Shown here: positions 1 through 12,000 of the stretch, one piece after another
How the letters are laid out: every line of letters starts with the position of its first letter
Position numbering within the stretch: the stretch's first letter is position 1
Assembly: GCA_951804945.1 (NCBI GenBank)
Contig: OX638152.1
Location: forward strand, 44,640,001 to 44,704,000
Reading direction: 5' to 3'
Length of the DNA: 64,000 bases
Source: Podarcis cretensis
Lineage: Eukaryota
The notes under the pieces: generated by a model
Told to the model about the DNA's origin: nothing
What the model saw: the letters and a program-made list of their open reading frames with translations, nothing else
Database searches by the model: none
Translations under genes and position numbers: made by a program

Positions 1-46
1 AGGATTTGGTTAGCAATTGATAGGAAGAACATGCTGGATTAGATAC

Positions 47-47
<1 letters not shown>

Positions 48-79
<32 letters not shown>
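48..79. repeat. (GT)n microsatellite
   Basis: Pure GT dinucleotide run. Confidence 0.95.
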
Positions 80-80
<1 letters not shown>

Positions 81-720
81 AAAAATCACCCCAGAAATCT
101 GCCTCCAGCTATCACACAGCATCACAGTCCCTCATCTTTCTCTCTTCTCCCCCCCACCCACCAGCCGACTCCAAAGTGGGATTTTCACTGCTCAGCCCCA
201 GGAGAAAATCCTGCCCAAATCCCACCCCCTCCACATCCACTTCTGACCCAATGCAGCATCATTGGTTGCCAGACAGGGAAGTCCAGGAAATGAAATCATG
301 AATGCTCTCCCTGCTTGGAATAGATTTGTAGACTTTGGTTTGGCTTTAGAGCTTCTTCTGATGTCTCCATTGTTGTGTCGTGTGTGAAGAGCCCCCACCC
401 CCTTAGGCAGTTCCAGCTCTGTTGGACTGCGTAAGGTCTCAAGTTTGGACAGCAGTTGAGAGCTGAGTGGTAGGAGAAATGGCAAGGTAATATGAAGGTT
501 GACTGCTGCAGACTATGGAGCATAGATGCCATAGTAGATTAATTTGCTTCAGCAAAGGCAAGAAAAGTGAAATTGTAACTTTTTCACAAATACAAATTTA
601 GAAGTAATGAAATACTGTTTAAACACATTAAATCAGATGCTATTTTTAAAAACCTGCATCTCCATATTATACCACAGTAGATCAGTTTTGTGTTTTTTTT
701 TTTAAAAAAATAAAAGTGAA

Positions 721-755
721 TATCTATTTATCTATCTATCTATCTATCTATCTAT
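721..755. repeat. (TATC)n microsatellite
   Basis: tatctattta tatctatc... tetranucleotide run. Confidence 0.9.
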
Positions 756-865
756 TTAGTCACGCAAGCAGTAAACAATACTGTTAGTAGCAATGTAAGT
801 TTTATTCAGGGTTAGTAATCCAAGGTTAAGTTAATACATTGAATCCATGTATTATTGTGCATTAC

Positions 866-928
866 AGAATCATAGAATCATAGAACTGGAGAGTTGGAAG
901 GGACCCAGAGAATCATCTAGTCCCCTGC
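866..928 (-). mobile_element. CR1-type LINE/SINE 3' tail fragment
   Basis: agaatcatagaatcatagaa...gagttggaagggaccc...atcatctagtcc is the reverse complement of the CR1 3' end with its (ATTCTATG)n tail. Confidence 0.75.
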
Positions 929-1317
929 ATGCTTCTTACTTCATTTTACCTCCTATTTGCATGTCAGTAGAATGAAGAGGAAGGCAATTTTCAATGTTTC
1001 CTTCGCCTCCTACATTCTTCCCTCTGGAGCAGATCTAAAGCAGAGCAAGAATCAACTATAGAAGCCTCCTGCTGAATGCCTTCTCTAAGCAGATTGATAC
1101 CCAGTGAATTCCACCCATTGCTTAATAGACTTGCCATGAAAGAGGTATCAGTAGGTATTAAACAGAAATGATAATGGTGCTTTACTATGAACTTCTAACA
1201 GCAGTTGTTTCACTTTGCTGCTATTAAGCACTCTGCCTATTAAGAGCTACCACCCTCTTGAACTTTGTCCAATAAAGCTAAAAAGTGGGAGCCCTTAAAA
1301 TCATGCTTTAACTAAAT

Positions 1318-1455
1318 CAGGTGGGGAGGACCTTTGGCCTTCCAGATGTTGTTGAAACACAGATCTCACCATTCCTGGTCACTGGGCATGCTTGGTGGGG
1401 CTGATGAGAGTTAAATTGCAGCAATATCTGGAGGGCCAAAGGTTTCCCATCCCTA
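1318..1455. mobile_element. hAT (Charlie-like) MITE, diverged
   Basis: Imperfect inverted ends (cctttggccttccagatgttg / caatatctggagggccaaagg); 8-bp TSD aactaaat at 1310-1317 and 1456-1463. Confidence 0.8.
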
Positions 1456-2367
1456 AACTAAATTCACTATGCTAACATGATAGTAGGATTGCATCTGACA
1501 AGTGCCAGACTTAGATGGAATCCAATCACTTACTGGGCACATTATGGTGCTGTGGCTCATTCCCACAGTTGTTCAAAGATATATGTACTCAAGAGCCTTT
1601 CTCCTTTCTCTCTCCACTAAAGAACCCCAACCCATTTTGCTTCACTTTGAAAAAAATATAGAAAATATTTGTGTGTGTGCGCGCGCGCGTGTGCAGACAC
1701 TCCAGGACAATAAAATGAATATAATTTGAACATCTATATTTCTGGTGCTCTTGAGCTGTGGAAGTGACACTCTTTCCCCAGAGTTTCACAAAGGAGAGAA
1801 TTGTGTAAAAATAAGACTGAAACTCCGGGGCCTTGAGAAATACTGTCTCCATAAAATTCTTCTGGCCAGGGATAAGCGCTGAAAGTGACAGATACTCTAG
1901 CAGAGCAGAACAGGTTTTTTCCCCTCCTCGTGCCCTTGGCACTGATTGCTTGAATCCACAGTTTGGAGTTTAGGAGGTAATGACTCTCTAGAAAATTGGT
2001 ACCAACCAGCAGTATATGTGTGGAGCTGGGCAGAGCAGAGTCCTAGGAGATCTGTCTCTCAATAAAAGATAGCAAGATGCTTCTGTTCATAAGCCATTAT
2101 TTTTGCTCATTGTTTTCCTTCCACTTAATGCAGGCACTGAATGTATAAGATGTATCCTTTGACATTCACTCAGCTATGGAGTGTTTTGCTTTCCCCAATG
2201 AGTGAGAAATGCAACGTATTATTTTAAAAGAAAGGGGGGAATCTATTGAAAGCATCAAATTACTTTGGAAAGCATTTAAGATGAATGCAGACTTACTGTA
2301 TTCAGCCACACATTTTTTTTATGATACTTGCCTCCCAAGCTTCATCCAAGCTTGGGAGAGGAGTATA

Positions 2368-2592
2368 CAGTGGTACCTTGGGTTACATACGCTTCAGGTT
2401 ACAGACTCCGCTAACCCAGAAATAGTGCTTCAGGTTAAGAACTTTGCTTCAGGATGAGAACAGAAATTGTGCAGCGGTGGAGCAGCAGCAGCGGGAAGCC
2501 CATTAGCTAAAGTGGTGCTTCAGGTTAAGAACAGTTTCAGGTTAAGTACGGACCTCTGGAACGAATTAAGTACTTAACCCGAGGTACCACTG
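2368..2592. mobile_element. Tc1/mariner (Tigger/pogo-like) MITE
   Basis: TIR CAGTGGTACCT(T/C)GGGTTA ... TAACCCGAGGTACCACTG; TA on both flanks; internal ttcaggttaag repeats. Confidence 0.9.
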
Positions 2593-2741
2593 TATAGGGT
2601 AGGAGGATTATTCCACTTCATCCACACAAGCAACAAAGAATGTGGTATCCCCAGTCCACATCCAATATATTTTGTGCCAATAAACATACTATGAAGATGA
2701 CAGCAGAAGTTCCTATTTGGGCAACCTACTAATATGTAAGC

Positions 2742-2936
2742 AAGAGCTTTCCAAACTTTTCATATTGGTGACACACTTGTTAGACATGCATCATTTTGTG
2801 ACACAGTAATTCGGTTTTACTAGCAAACCAGAGGTTAAAACTAACCCCTTTCCAGCCCCGGGAGCATTCGTGTGACACACCTACACACTGTAGCCGACAC
2901 AGTAATGTGTCACGGCATGCAGTTTAGAAAGCTGTG
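2742..2936. mobile_element. hAT MITE
   Basis: Imperfect TIR agagctttccaaact / agtttagaaagctgtg; TSD atgtaagc / gtgtaagc (7/8); internal gacaca repeats. Confidence 0.75.
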
Positions 2937-4016
2937 GTGTAAGCCAATGCCAGGAACGATGAGGAGCTTTAGTTTCTTGCTGGTGATTATAGCACTATAG
3001 GTCTAGAGCATTCCTTGGCAGAGAAGCAAGCTTCACCAGGGCCTGTAGGGTACATATCCCCACTTTTGCTGCCACAGCCTCCTGCCCCTATCCTAAAACA
3101 CAAGTGCTTGGGGTAGGATAAGTGGAAAGCATAGGTAGTGGGTACTTTCTGAGTGCCTGTAAGCCTGTTGCACACACTCAAAGCTTTGTACTGGAGAGGT
3201 GAAATGTTCATTCATCCCTAGTTGGTTACATTGTTTCTTTTTTCTTTTTTCAATACGATTTCAATTGAACTGATGTTTCTTAGAGCTCAGTATTATCCAA
3301 AAATAACAAGACAGGAATATATGGAAATTTTGACAAGCATTTTTTTAAAAAATAAATAAATGGAAGGGTTTGATCCAGATAAAAACCACTTATCAAAGAC
3401 AAAGTTCAAAAGAAATGAATTGCTTTCCTGTTGTTTTTTGAAATGACACACAAAAAGGTGTTGTATGCAATCCCTGGATGTTACTTTCATTTTGGCTACC
3501 TTGCACTTGGGAGTTTACGACTCCTGACATATCACAGGTACAAATGTAATGTTTTCTTTAGGCTCAGTAGTCATACTGTGTCCAGCTCAATTATTCATAT
3601 TTGTGCTGAAACTTGCTAGACAAGTGACTGAAACTGTACAAATTGCCCATGCAAACCAACATGTGAAACAGTTTGTTTTGCCTCTGGGGCACATAATTTA
3701 TTGATTTTATCTAACATCCCCCACACCCCAGAAATTATCTCTTGAGACAATTGTCTCATTTTCTTGAGGTCTCTCAGAAGGCAATTATACCAAACAGGGT
3801 CACTTAAATATATTGCCTGCAAGTAGGTCAAAAGGGGTTTTATCTACAATGCAAGTGGCTTGGGTTTCTAAAGATGCAGGAGGAGAGACAGGTCAAGTGA
3901 GATGAGCTTCCCCCTAGTTGTACTTGCAGCAGAATATCTGAAGAACTTGCACAATCTGTTTGCATTACCAGATGTTGCCCATTCTCATCACCCATGACTC
4001 TTTTTGAACCACTATA

Positions 4017-4242
4017 CAGTGGTACCTCGGATTACAGACACTTCAGGTTACAGACTCTGCTAACCCAGAATAAGTACCTTGGGTTAAGAACTTTGCTTCA
4101 GGATGTGAACAGAAATTGCGTGGCGGCGGCGCAGTGGCAGTAGGAGGCCCCATTAGCTAAAGTGGTGCTTCAGTTTAAGAACAGTTTCAGGTTAAGAACA
4201 GACCTCCAGAATGAATTAAGTTCTTAACCAGTGGTACCACTG
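4017..4242. mobile_element. Tc1/mariner (Tigger/pogo-like) MITE, second copy
   Basis: Same family and orientation as 2368-2592; CAGTGGTACC...GGTACCACTG ends, TA flanks. Confidence 0.9.
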
Positions 4243-4668
4243 TATTGGAAGCATGGTCCTCAGCATCATATTACAATAGATTCTGAATAGGGGCACGCCA
4301 TATATCATTCAGAGTCATTAACACACTGTTACATGAAATCTAAGTTATCCTCCCTCAGGCAGAAACTGTAGGTACACGCAATATGATCTTCACAGTTGCC
4401 TAGGTAGGAAAGCAACAGTGGGTGTAGATAGTTGTTCAACCAGTTGCATGTTTGTGGTTTGGCAGTACTGTTGATGAAACAGTAATATATATGTTGTAGC
4501 TAAAATGAGTTCACTGAGGAACGTACATAACTGCTGATGATGTGCATACGCATGGACAATGTGCACAAACTGATAGCATAGCCATGAGGTTTCACAGGTA
4601 TCCCTGCCAACTGGCATAGACCATAAGTGTTGATGGAGAATATGCACAGTGGTATAATGTCAATTAGT

Positions 4669-4951
4669 GGGACGCGGGTGGCGCTGTGGGTAAAACCTCA
4701 GTGCCTAGGACTTGCCGATCGTATGGTCAGCGGTTCGAATCCCCGCGGCGGGGTGCGCTCCCGTCGTTCGGTCCCAGCGCCTGCCAACCTAGCAGTTCTG
4801 CGCTGGCTCGCCAGATGCAGCTTGTCACGCTGGCCATGTGACCCGGAAGTGTCTGCGGACAGCGCTGGCTCCCGGCCTCTAGAGTGAGATGAGCGCACAA
4901 CCCTAGAGTCTGGCAAGATTGGCCCGTATGGGCAGGGGTACCTTTACTTTT
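4669..4951 (+). mobile_element. Sauria SINE with internal deletion
   Basis: gggacgcgggtggcgctgtggg head, B-box ggttcgaatccc, acctttac tail; TSD tataatgtcaatt (4653-4665, 4952-4964). Confidence 0.93.
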
Positions 4952-7597
4952 TATAATGTCAATTGGCAACTACTCAAAGTACTTATTCTCTACTTGGCAA
5001 CTATGGGATGAATCCAAAAGAACATGAAGCACTAGCAGTTTGCTCATAGCTTTGTAGTATGGAACTTTTTGCACTTCAGCCATTAAAGGTGGTTTTGTGA
5101 ATGTGTGGAGAATTTAAACTGCAAAGTTATTGAGAATATTAGGTAACAATGTACAGTGGTTATGCAAGAACTTTTGTCTCTGGCCTTGCACACTTGGCGC
5201 TTGGAAGCTTGGCCAGATACAAATGCGGCCCTCAGTCTGAAAGAGGATCTCCACTTTCGGCTTCTGCTAACTGCAGAGAACATCAATGAATCTCTAGCAA
5301 TGCTGTCCCACTAAATCAAAACATTTTTACATAAGCAGAAGCGGCTTCCACTTACAGAAGTGTACCTTTTGATCCAAGCCTGCACACACTGTCTGACAAT
5401 ATCCCCATCCCCTCATACTACGGTTTGCTGTGTTATTCAATATGGTAAGTTCAGGATGAAGGGGCAACAGCTCCATGTGGACTCTCTGGGTGGAAGAAGT
5501 AAACACCTGTAAGCTTATCATATTTAAAATGTACCGGAGCTACAGCTACGACGAACATAGTCGTGACCAAGTTTTCAAAGAAAAGAAAAGTTGGGCAAAG
5601 AAGATTAGAGATTAACAGCCAGCATGGTTATAGAATTGAGATATTACAAACACTTGCAGATTTCTCTTTCCAGTTCAGATGTTTAGGGTAGCGGAAATGC
5701 TTCTAATGCTCAGTTAAATAGAATTCTGCGTTTGAAAAATTCTTTGTATAGTACTTGGATTTAAATCACAGGGCATTTCAGACCTGCTACTATGTTCAAA
5801 GGAGCTACTGTGAAAGGATTTAAGAAAGATATTGCTACTGAGAAGTAAATATAGCAAGCATTCTTGTGACTGGATTTGAAATGAAAGAGACTTTTCCTGC
5901 TTAAGCAGGAATCTCATCAGCTGAAACACGAAAAGATACTTATTGTCTGTAATATGGCTTGTTTTGTAGATGGTATAATTTATATGCTGGATGTGCAATT
6001 AAGGTTTCTCTAGTAAAAGCACATTCAAGTTCAAATAAAATAGTTAACTAGTGCAAAACGTTATTTATAGCTACTATCCCATTGATTAAAAATCTAAAAA
6101 CCAAATTTTACTTCAGTGCCTGATATTCATGACTTGCATTACCATTGTTCAGTGAGTGCACCCCATCCATAAGGATGAAAGAACAATTGGGAATTTCTAA
6201 ACAAAAAACAAAACAAAAAACCTGATGCCATCTTAAAACAAAGAGACAACGATACATTCCTACATTGCTTCATCTATGCAACAGATGGACAAATGTATCA
6301 AATCAGTTAAATGCAAATGAGTGCTTTGGAGAATTAGGCAAGGACCAAATAAAGGATAGAATGATTCTCTCTCTCTCATACGCACACAGAGAAATTGGGA
6401 GGGGGGGTAATCCATCATAGGGGATGTACAGTTTTCTAGTGAGGTATCTTTAAGCCTATATTGTTATCATTAACAAGGCACAGAAACACGAAAGAGAGCA
6501 CCAGCTGGCCTCCATTGTGGGTCCCACACTATAGTATTGGCTCAAAGGTCTGACTTTTCATTTCTAATCTTTGTATATCGTAGTGTTGTTTTATTGCTAT
6601 GGCTGATGGTTGACACAAATAAAGATTCATTCATTCATTCTCTGGAAATGTTACAGTGACCAGCCATATGCCCGTGGAAATCCTCTGAGCAGCACCTGAG
6701 TGCAATAGCACTAGCACTGCTTGTGGTTCCCAGCAGATGGTATGCAGACGCACACTGTCCCCAACACTGGAGGGAAAGCATAGCTTATCCTCCATGATCT
6801 AAATGGCCTTGAGGTGTCATTACTTTGAAATTTGTGTAGTTGTGTATTTTGCAGATTTTTGAAATTGTGCACAAGATACAAATTGTTGGTACCTTATTAT
6901 TGCATGGTCTGTGCTTGACTCCTTTTACGACAAATAATAAAATAGTGCAATAACTTATTTCAAGCCACAGTTCAAAAAGAACAGAAACCCTTGGCCAATT
7001 CACACATTTTTCTGTCAGTGACCAGCCCTAGGAAACCCTGGACATGCATACGTGTAGTAGACCAACAGGAACTCTCCATGTTGGCTGGGGTTGATGAAAG
7101 TTGTAGTTCAGAACATCTAGAGGGCACCAACTGGTGAAGGCTGATGTAGGTCAGCATTAACATGTGAAACAAACAATTGTGCATATGGCTGCTGGAAATT
7201 CCTGCCTTTGCAGCAGACAGGAAAAAAGGAATCAAAAAGCTGTAATCATGTTAATTGCTGCCGTCCATTTCCATGATTTCCTGGTTTGCATTGTCCATGG
7301 CAAAGAATGGCCAAGGAAGACTGACACTGATTGGAGACAATATTATGGCATCGGCCCTGAGCTTGTTGTTAAAGTGCATTCCTTTTTGGGCACCAAAGGC
7401 TTAATGTAATCCACTCAGACAGAATAGCTAATCATGGAATATGTCTTGCAACCTGTTTTTAAAGCTACAAAATAATATTCAGCATTGCTCAGATATAGAA
7501 CTTTACTGCTGTGCTTCTCCAGAGCTCCTTTAGACCTGTAAATGCTCAATTACCGGATGCATTTTTAAAAAGGTGAATTGCAGGGGAAATAGTACCC

Positions 7598-7729
7598 AGA
7601 ATCATAAAGTTGGAAGGGAACCTGAGGATCATCTAGTTAAACACCCTGAAATTCAGGAATATGAAGCAGGATCAAACCTGCAAACTTGGCATTATCAGCA
7701 CCACACTCTAACCAACTGAGCTATCCAGA
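7598..7729 (-). mobile_element. tRNA-headed SINE with CR1-type tail
   Basis: Minus strand reads ctggatagctcagttggttagagtgtggtgctgataat (A-box-like head) and ends in a CR1-like ttccaactttatgattct tail. Confidence 0.7.
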
Positions 7730-8544
7730 CTATGCCTCTAAGAAACAGAATACTGTGATTAATTAACAAGTGAAGAGGTCACCTTCCGGTAGCCAGCCAG
7801 ACCTGTGGAGATCTGAAGGAAACCAGCACAAATATTTTCAGCAATTACAGTTGTGGGCAGAAATGTTACTAAGGAGCAGCCTACAACTAGCTGTCGTAGG
7901 CGAGAAACTAACAGAAACAGGAAGGAAGGGAAAACAGGAATATCCAAATAAATTAATCTTCATGAGATGCTGTCGCTGTCCAAGGTAAGATTGAAAAATA
8001 AACAACTGCAAGAGAAAAAGTGAGATTCATATTGGTAATTTCTGAGGTGCTAATATTCGTAAGAAGGGTGGGAGAAGCTGGCAGAATCAATCAGAATAAG
8101 TCTCAGCACATATGCAGGAGGAGGAATCGTTCAGTTTGAAGCAAGTAAGCAGACAGAGGAAAGTTCATCTGGAGGGGAGATGGATTGCAGGGGAGAGGGG
8201 CAAACTGCATGTGATGGACATTACTGAGATACTTCATTTCATTGTAAAACTTAATAAAATGGAATTGTAGGAAGCAGAACTTGAGATCAGACCAGGGACT
8301 GCTTAAACCTTTTCCTTTCTGCCATTTGCTCCAAATCACACCTACTCATAGTCTACAAGATTTCCTTTTTACAACACTGAGGGGAAAGAAGGTGACTTAA
8401 ATAGATAGCTACTTCTCATTCCAACAGAATTTGCTATGGGCTGTATTCAGCCCATTGCCTGTATAAGTCAGGGCCCTGGAGTCTGCTACAATTGTGTGTT
8501 GGAAGCACCCAAACAATGTTATACAATGTTATTATATACATCTG

Positions 8545-9070
8545 GAGACACAGGTGGTGCTATGGTCTAAACCAGTGTTCCCCAACCTTGGGCCTCCAGC
8601 TGTTTTTGGACTACAACTCCCATCATCCCTCGCTAGCAAGACCAGTGGAATTGGTCCAAAAACAATTTTGGAATTGTAGTCCAAAAACAGCTGGAGGCCC
8701 AAGGTTGGGGAACACTGGTCTAAACTATTGAGCCTCTTGGGCTTGCTGGTCAGCAGTTTGAATTCGCATGAAAGAGTGAGCTCCCATTGCTCTGTCCCAT
8801 CTTCTGCCAACCTAGCAGTTTGATAGCACACCAGTGCAAGTAGATAAATAGATACCACTGCAGCAGGAAGATAAACAGCATTTCTGTGTGCTCTGACACT
8901 TGTCACAATGTTCCATTGCACCAGAAGTGGTTTAGTCATGCTGGTCATATGACCCAGAAAGCTGTCTGTGGACAAACACTGGCTCCCTCGGCCTGAAGCG
9001 AGATGAACGCCGCACCCCATAGTCGCCTTTGACTGAACTGAACCATCCAAAGGTCATTTACTTTTACCTT
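8545..9070 (+). mobile_element. Sauria SINE interrupted by a hAT MITE
   Basis: Sauria body (caacctagcagtt...gtgcaagtagataaata...) and acctttt tail; TSD tacatctggaga at 8537-8548 and 9071-9082. Confidence 0.9.
8573..8717. mobile_element. Young hAT (Charlie-like) MITE nested in the SINE head
   Basis: 44-bp perfect TIR CAGTGTTCCCCAACCTTGGGCCTCCAGCTGTTTTTGGACTACAA; perfect 8-bp TSD gtctaaac (8565-8572, 8718-8725). Confidence 0.95.
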
Positions 9071-12000
9071 TACATCTGGAGAGAGATACATTGCTTGTAC
9101 TTCCATTAAAATCTTGGACCCTAGGCTACCATTTCTGCCAACCTAAGAATCCTATATTTTGTGCTGTAGTTCACCTGAATTTAAATGACAAAATATGAAC
9201 AATGATTTGGTTGAGAAACTATACCTGTACACCCTAATAAACCTACTGATCTTGAGGTCTGTGAGCCTTGGCAGCTCTGGAAAGAGGAGAGAAAACCTGT
9301 TTTGGGCTACTGACCAACTTTCTGCCAGAGATCACTGCTTAAGGGACATTATGACAGAGTGAGAGTCTGTTGGCACAGAATGGAGACCGCTTTGTGTGAG
9401 AGACAGAGAATGAGAAGTGGGGATGGGGAATGCTGCTAAAGCTGTTTGGTTGCTTCAGTCTCTTAGATGTCCTGTTTTTCTTACCCAGGTATTTGGTTCA
9501 ACATTCTGATTGTCATCTCTAATGGAGTTTAGTTTTGCTTCTTTTATGATTAAGTTGTGAAGTTGTTTGTGTTATTTATTGGACTTGGGCTTTTTATGGA
9601 TTCTGTAATTTTTGTATATTCTTGTTCTTTTTCTGTGTAATTTTAAATATTGTTTCATTACATTGTCCCCCAGTGAAGAGCTGGTTATTAATACTTAGAA
9701 ACAAGCAAGTAAGCAAGCAAACAAACAAAACATTGTTCAAGATCTGTATTAAAATACTAGGATTTCACCAAGTATCTTTCTGGGTTTTAAATCAAATAGC
9801 ACCATCAGTAACTAATGTGAATAAGAAGAAAAATCATGTGTGGCAGTGCTGTGACATTAAGGCAACCAGTCTGTCAAACAGGCACATTTATTAAGACGAG
9901 CTCGGTTATCTGTTGCAGCACAGCCACAGTGATCTACTGGGTAGCCGTAGTTGTCAGTTGGTGACAGTGAGATCATAAAGTAACTTGATCAAATGTTGCT
10001 AAGTCTAAGATCACATTTACAAAAGAATAATATATGCAAAGCTTTTGTTCCTTCCTAAGCTGGTGACACATTCCTGGAATCAAACTTTACATTTTGTTAA
10101 AAGAATAGTATATTGGTTGAACATATTCTTGCATGAATATACAAAATAATTGCTAGTGCTGTGTGCTGGATTCACCTGAGTCCGGAGCCAGAAAAATTGG
10201 CATATTCAGAGGGACTTGGGTGCGGGCTCAGTTGAGTTGGGTGCGGACAGCCACAGGTGCTACAGGTCAGGATTGTATGGCCCAGAGTGATCCTTCACTG
10301 TCTGGTAGTGGAACATCAGACAGGAAAGAGAAGCAGACACCTGGCAGCGAAGCTCTGCTAAAAGAGCTACCCTCAATGCTCGATGGGTTATCCAGAACAA
10401 GGTAGGAGCCTCTTTTCAGACTCTCCTGTGTGGTGCAGGCTGTCCAGCTGCAAGTGCCTTCGCTGCAGAAAAGCTGCTTTGAAACAAGCACTATGCATGA
10501 GGCTGGAACGGCACCTCCAAGTTAATTTGGGATGGGATACCAGGGAGGAGAGATTGAGGCCATGGGGCAGACTGGGGTCTGTGCACAGCCCTGATAAATA
10601 TTTGGCACTAACGGGCAAAACGTGATGAGTCAAACTACACTCAAGTCCCCTCTTTGTGTTACTTATGTGAAAGGGAGGCCATACACCCCCCGTGGAACTG
10701 GACACATTGCCCAGCCCTTCCTGGACATATTTGCATTAGTGTGGCAAAGGATGGACGCATGATCATTCCGGTGTCCCATCTGCACTGAGCCAGCAGCTGC
10801 TCACTGTAAAATGGTGCTGTGGTGAAAACTTTTTCTCGTCTCGAAGGGATAAAATTTGCTCGCTTTAAGTGGGTGAAAAGTTTCCTAGCAACCCAGATAG
10901 TGATGGAGGCGTTGTGGGATGGTTTTTGCTGTTCATAAGCTAGCTTTTGAAATTAAGAAAGAAATAAAACTTTGTTAGAGAATACCTTCATTTAAAAGGT
11001 CAGAGCTCAGGAAATGCCAGCCATTGCTTGCCTGCCCTCTCCATCTCTATTTTTCCTCCCAAACAGCAATAGACAAACGGTTTAATTGAATACCTGGGCA
11101 ATTTAATGAGAACACTTATGTGCCGACAAGCTGGTTAATAAGAGTGGGCAGTCAGAATTGAATATGTTTAGAGAACAAATGGTAGTTTTTAACCCTGCCT
11201 GTTCAATTCCAAATTCCAGGCTACTCCCCTCAGGGTTTTCCAATCAACTGGGAAAGAATCCAATAACATATGTGAAATCGTTCCCTTCCACTTAACACTG
11301 TTTACCCATCCCATCACCTGCTTATTGAATACGGCTAATATATATCCTATCTGGATTTTGCAGTCAGTCACTTTTTCTGAGTTACTGATCTGCCCCCTCC
11401 CCATTCTTCCGCAGCACTGATTTTTTTTTTTAACATTTTTTTTTTTTACTTCTTTGTCATTGAGAAGGTCAACTTCTTTCCTGCAGCACGGCTCATGTTC
11501 AGTTATGTACAGTTTTAAGCATTTCTGTCTTGTACTTTTCACCCCCTGGAGGAATATTGCATAAGTTTTCATGAGTGCTTTCTGACCAAAAAAAAAAGCA
11601 CCCAGACTCAAAAATACTGATATAAGAGGTTTTGGGGATCTTGGTGAGTAATACTCATAACCTCTGAAGTCAGAGTTGCACGGCTTAACTTCGGCTCTTG
11701 GGTGTAACTGGAAAGAGACTTACGGCTTTAGTGGCATTTCTAGTACATAATATTAGAGAACAAAGAAAAGAATGTCACAAGAAAAGTTCCGAACAACAGC
11801 ATGAGATGTTTTATTTCCCTCAAAAAGTCCCCACCACCACCACCTTCATAGCAACTACAGCACTACCTAAGTTCTCCATCAGATGTTTTCTGCTTTGCTG
11901 ATGTATTTGGAACCACAACGGAATCCTATAATTGAAGATAAGAGTTTGCAGTGTGCTTTTCTTCCATTTGTAAATCCTTAAATCGTGTTGCAAAATGAAA

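Noticed and set aside
17-301. ORFs with CVCV, ERER/SLSL, poly-L/N/Y runs (also 26352, 36178, 59876-60303)
   Set aside because: Translations of microsatellites.
4669-4745. tRNA-like A/B boxes
   Set aside because: SINE heads, not cloverleaf tRNA genes.
5353-5506. Possible exon (minus-strand cag|gt...|gtaagt; also a plus-strand donor at ~5444)
   Set aside because: Weak polypyrimidine tract, unrecognisable peptide, conflicting strands.
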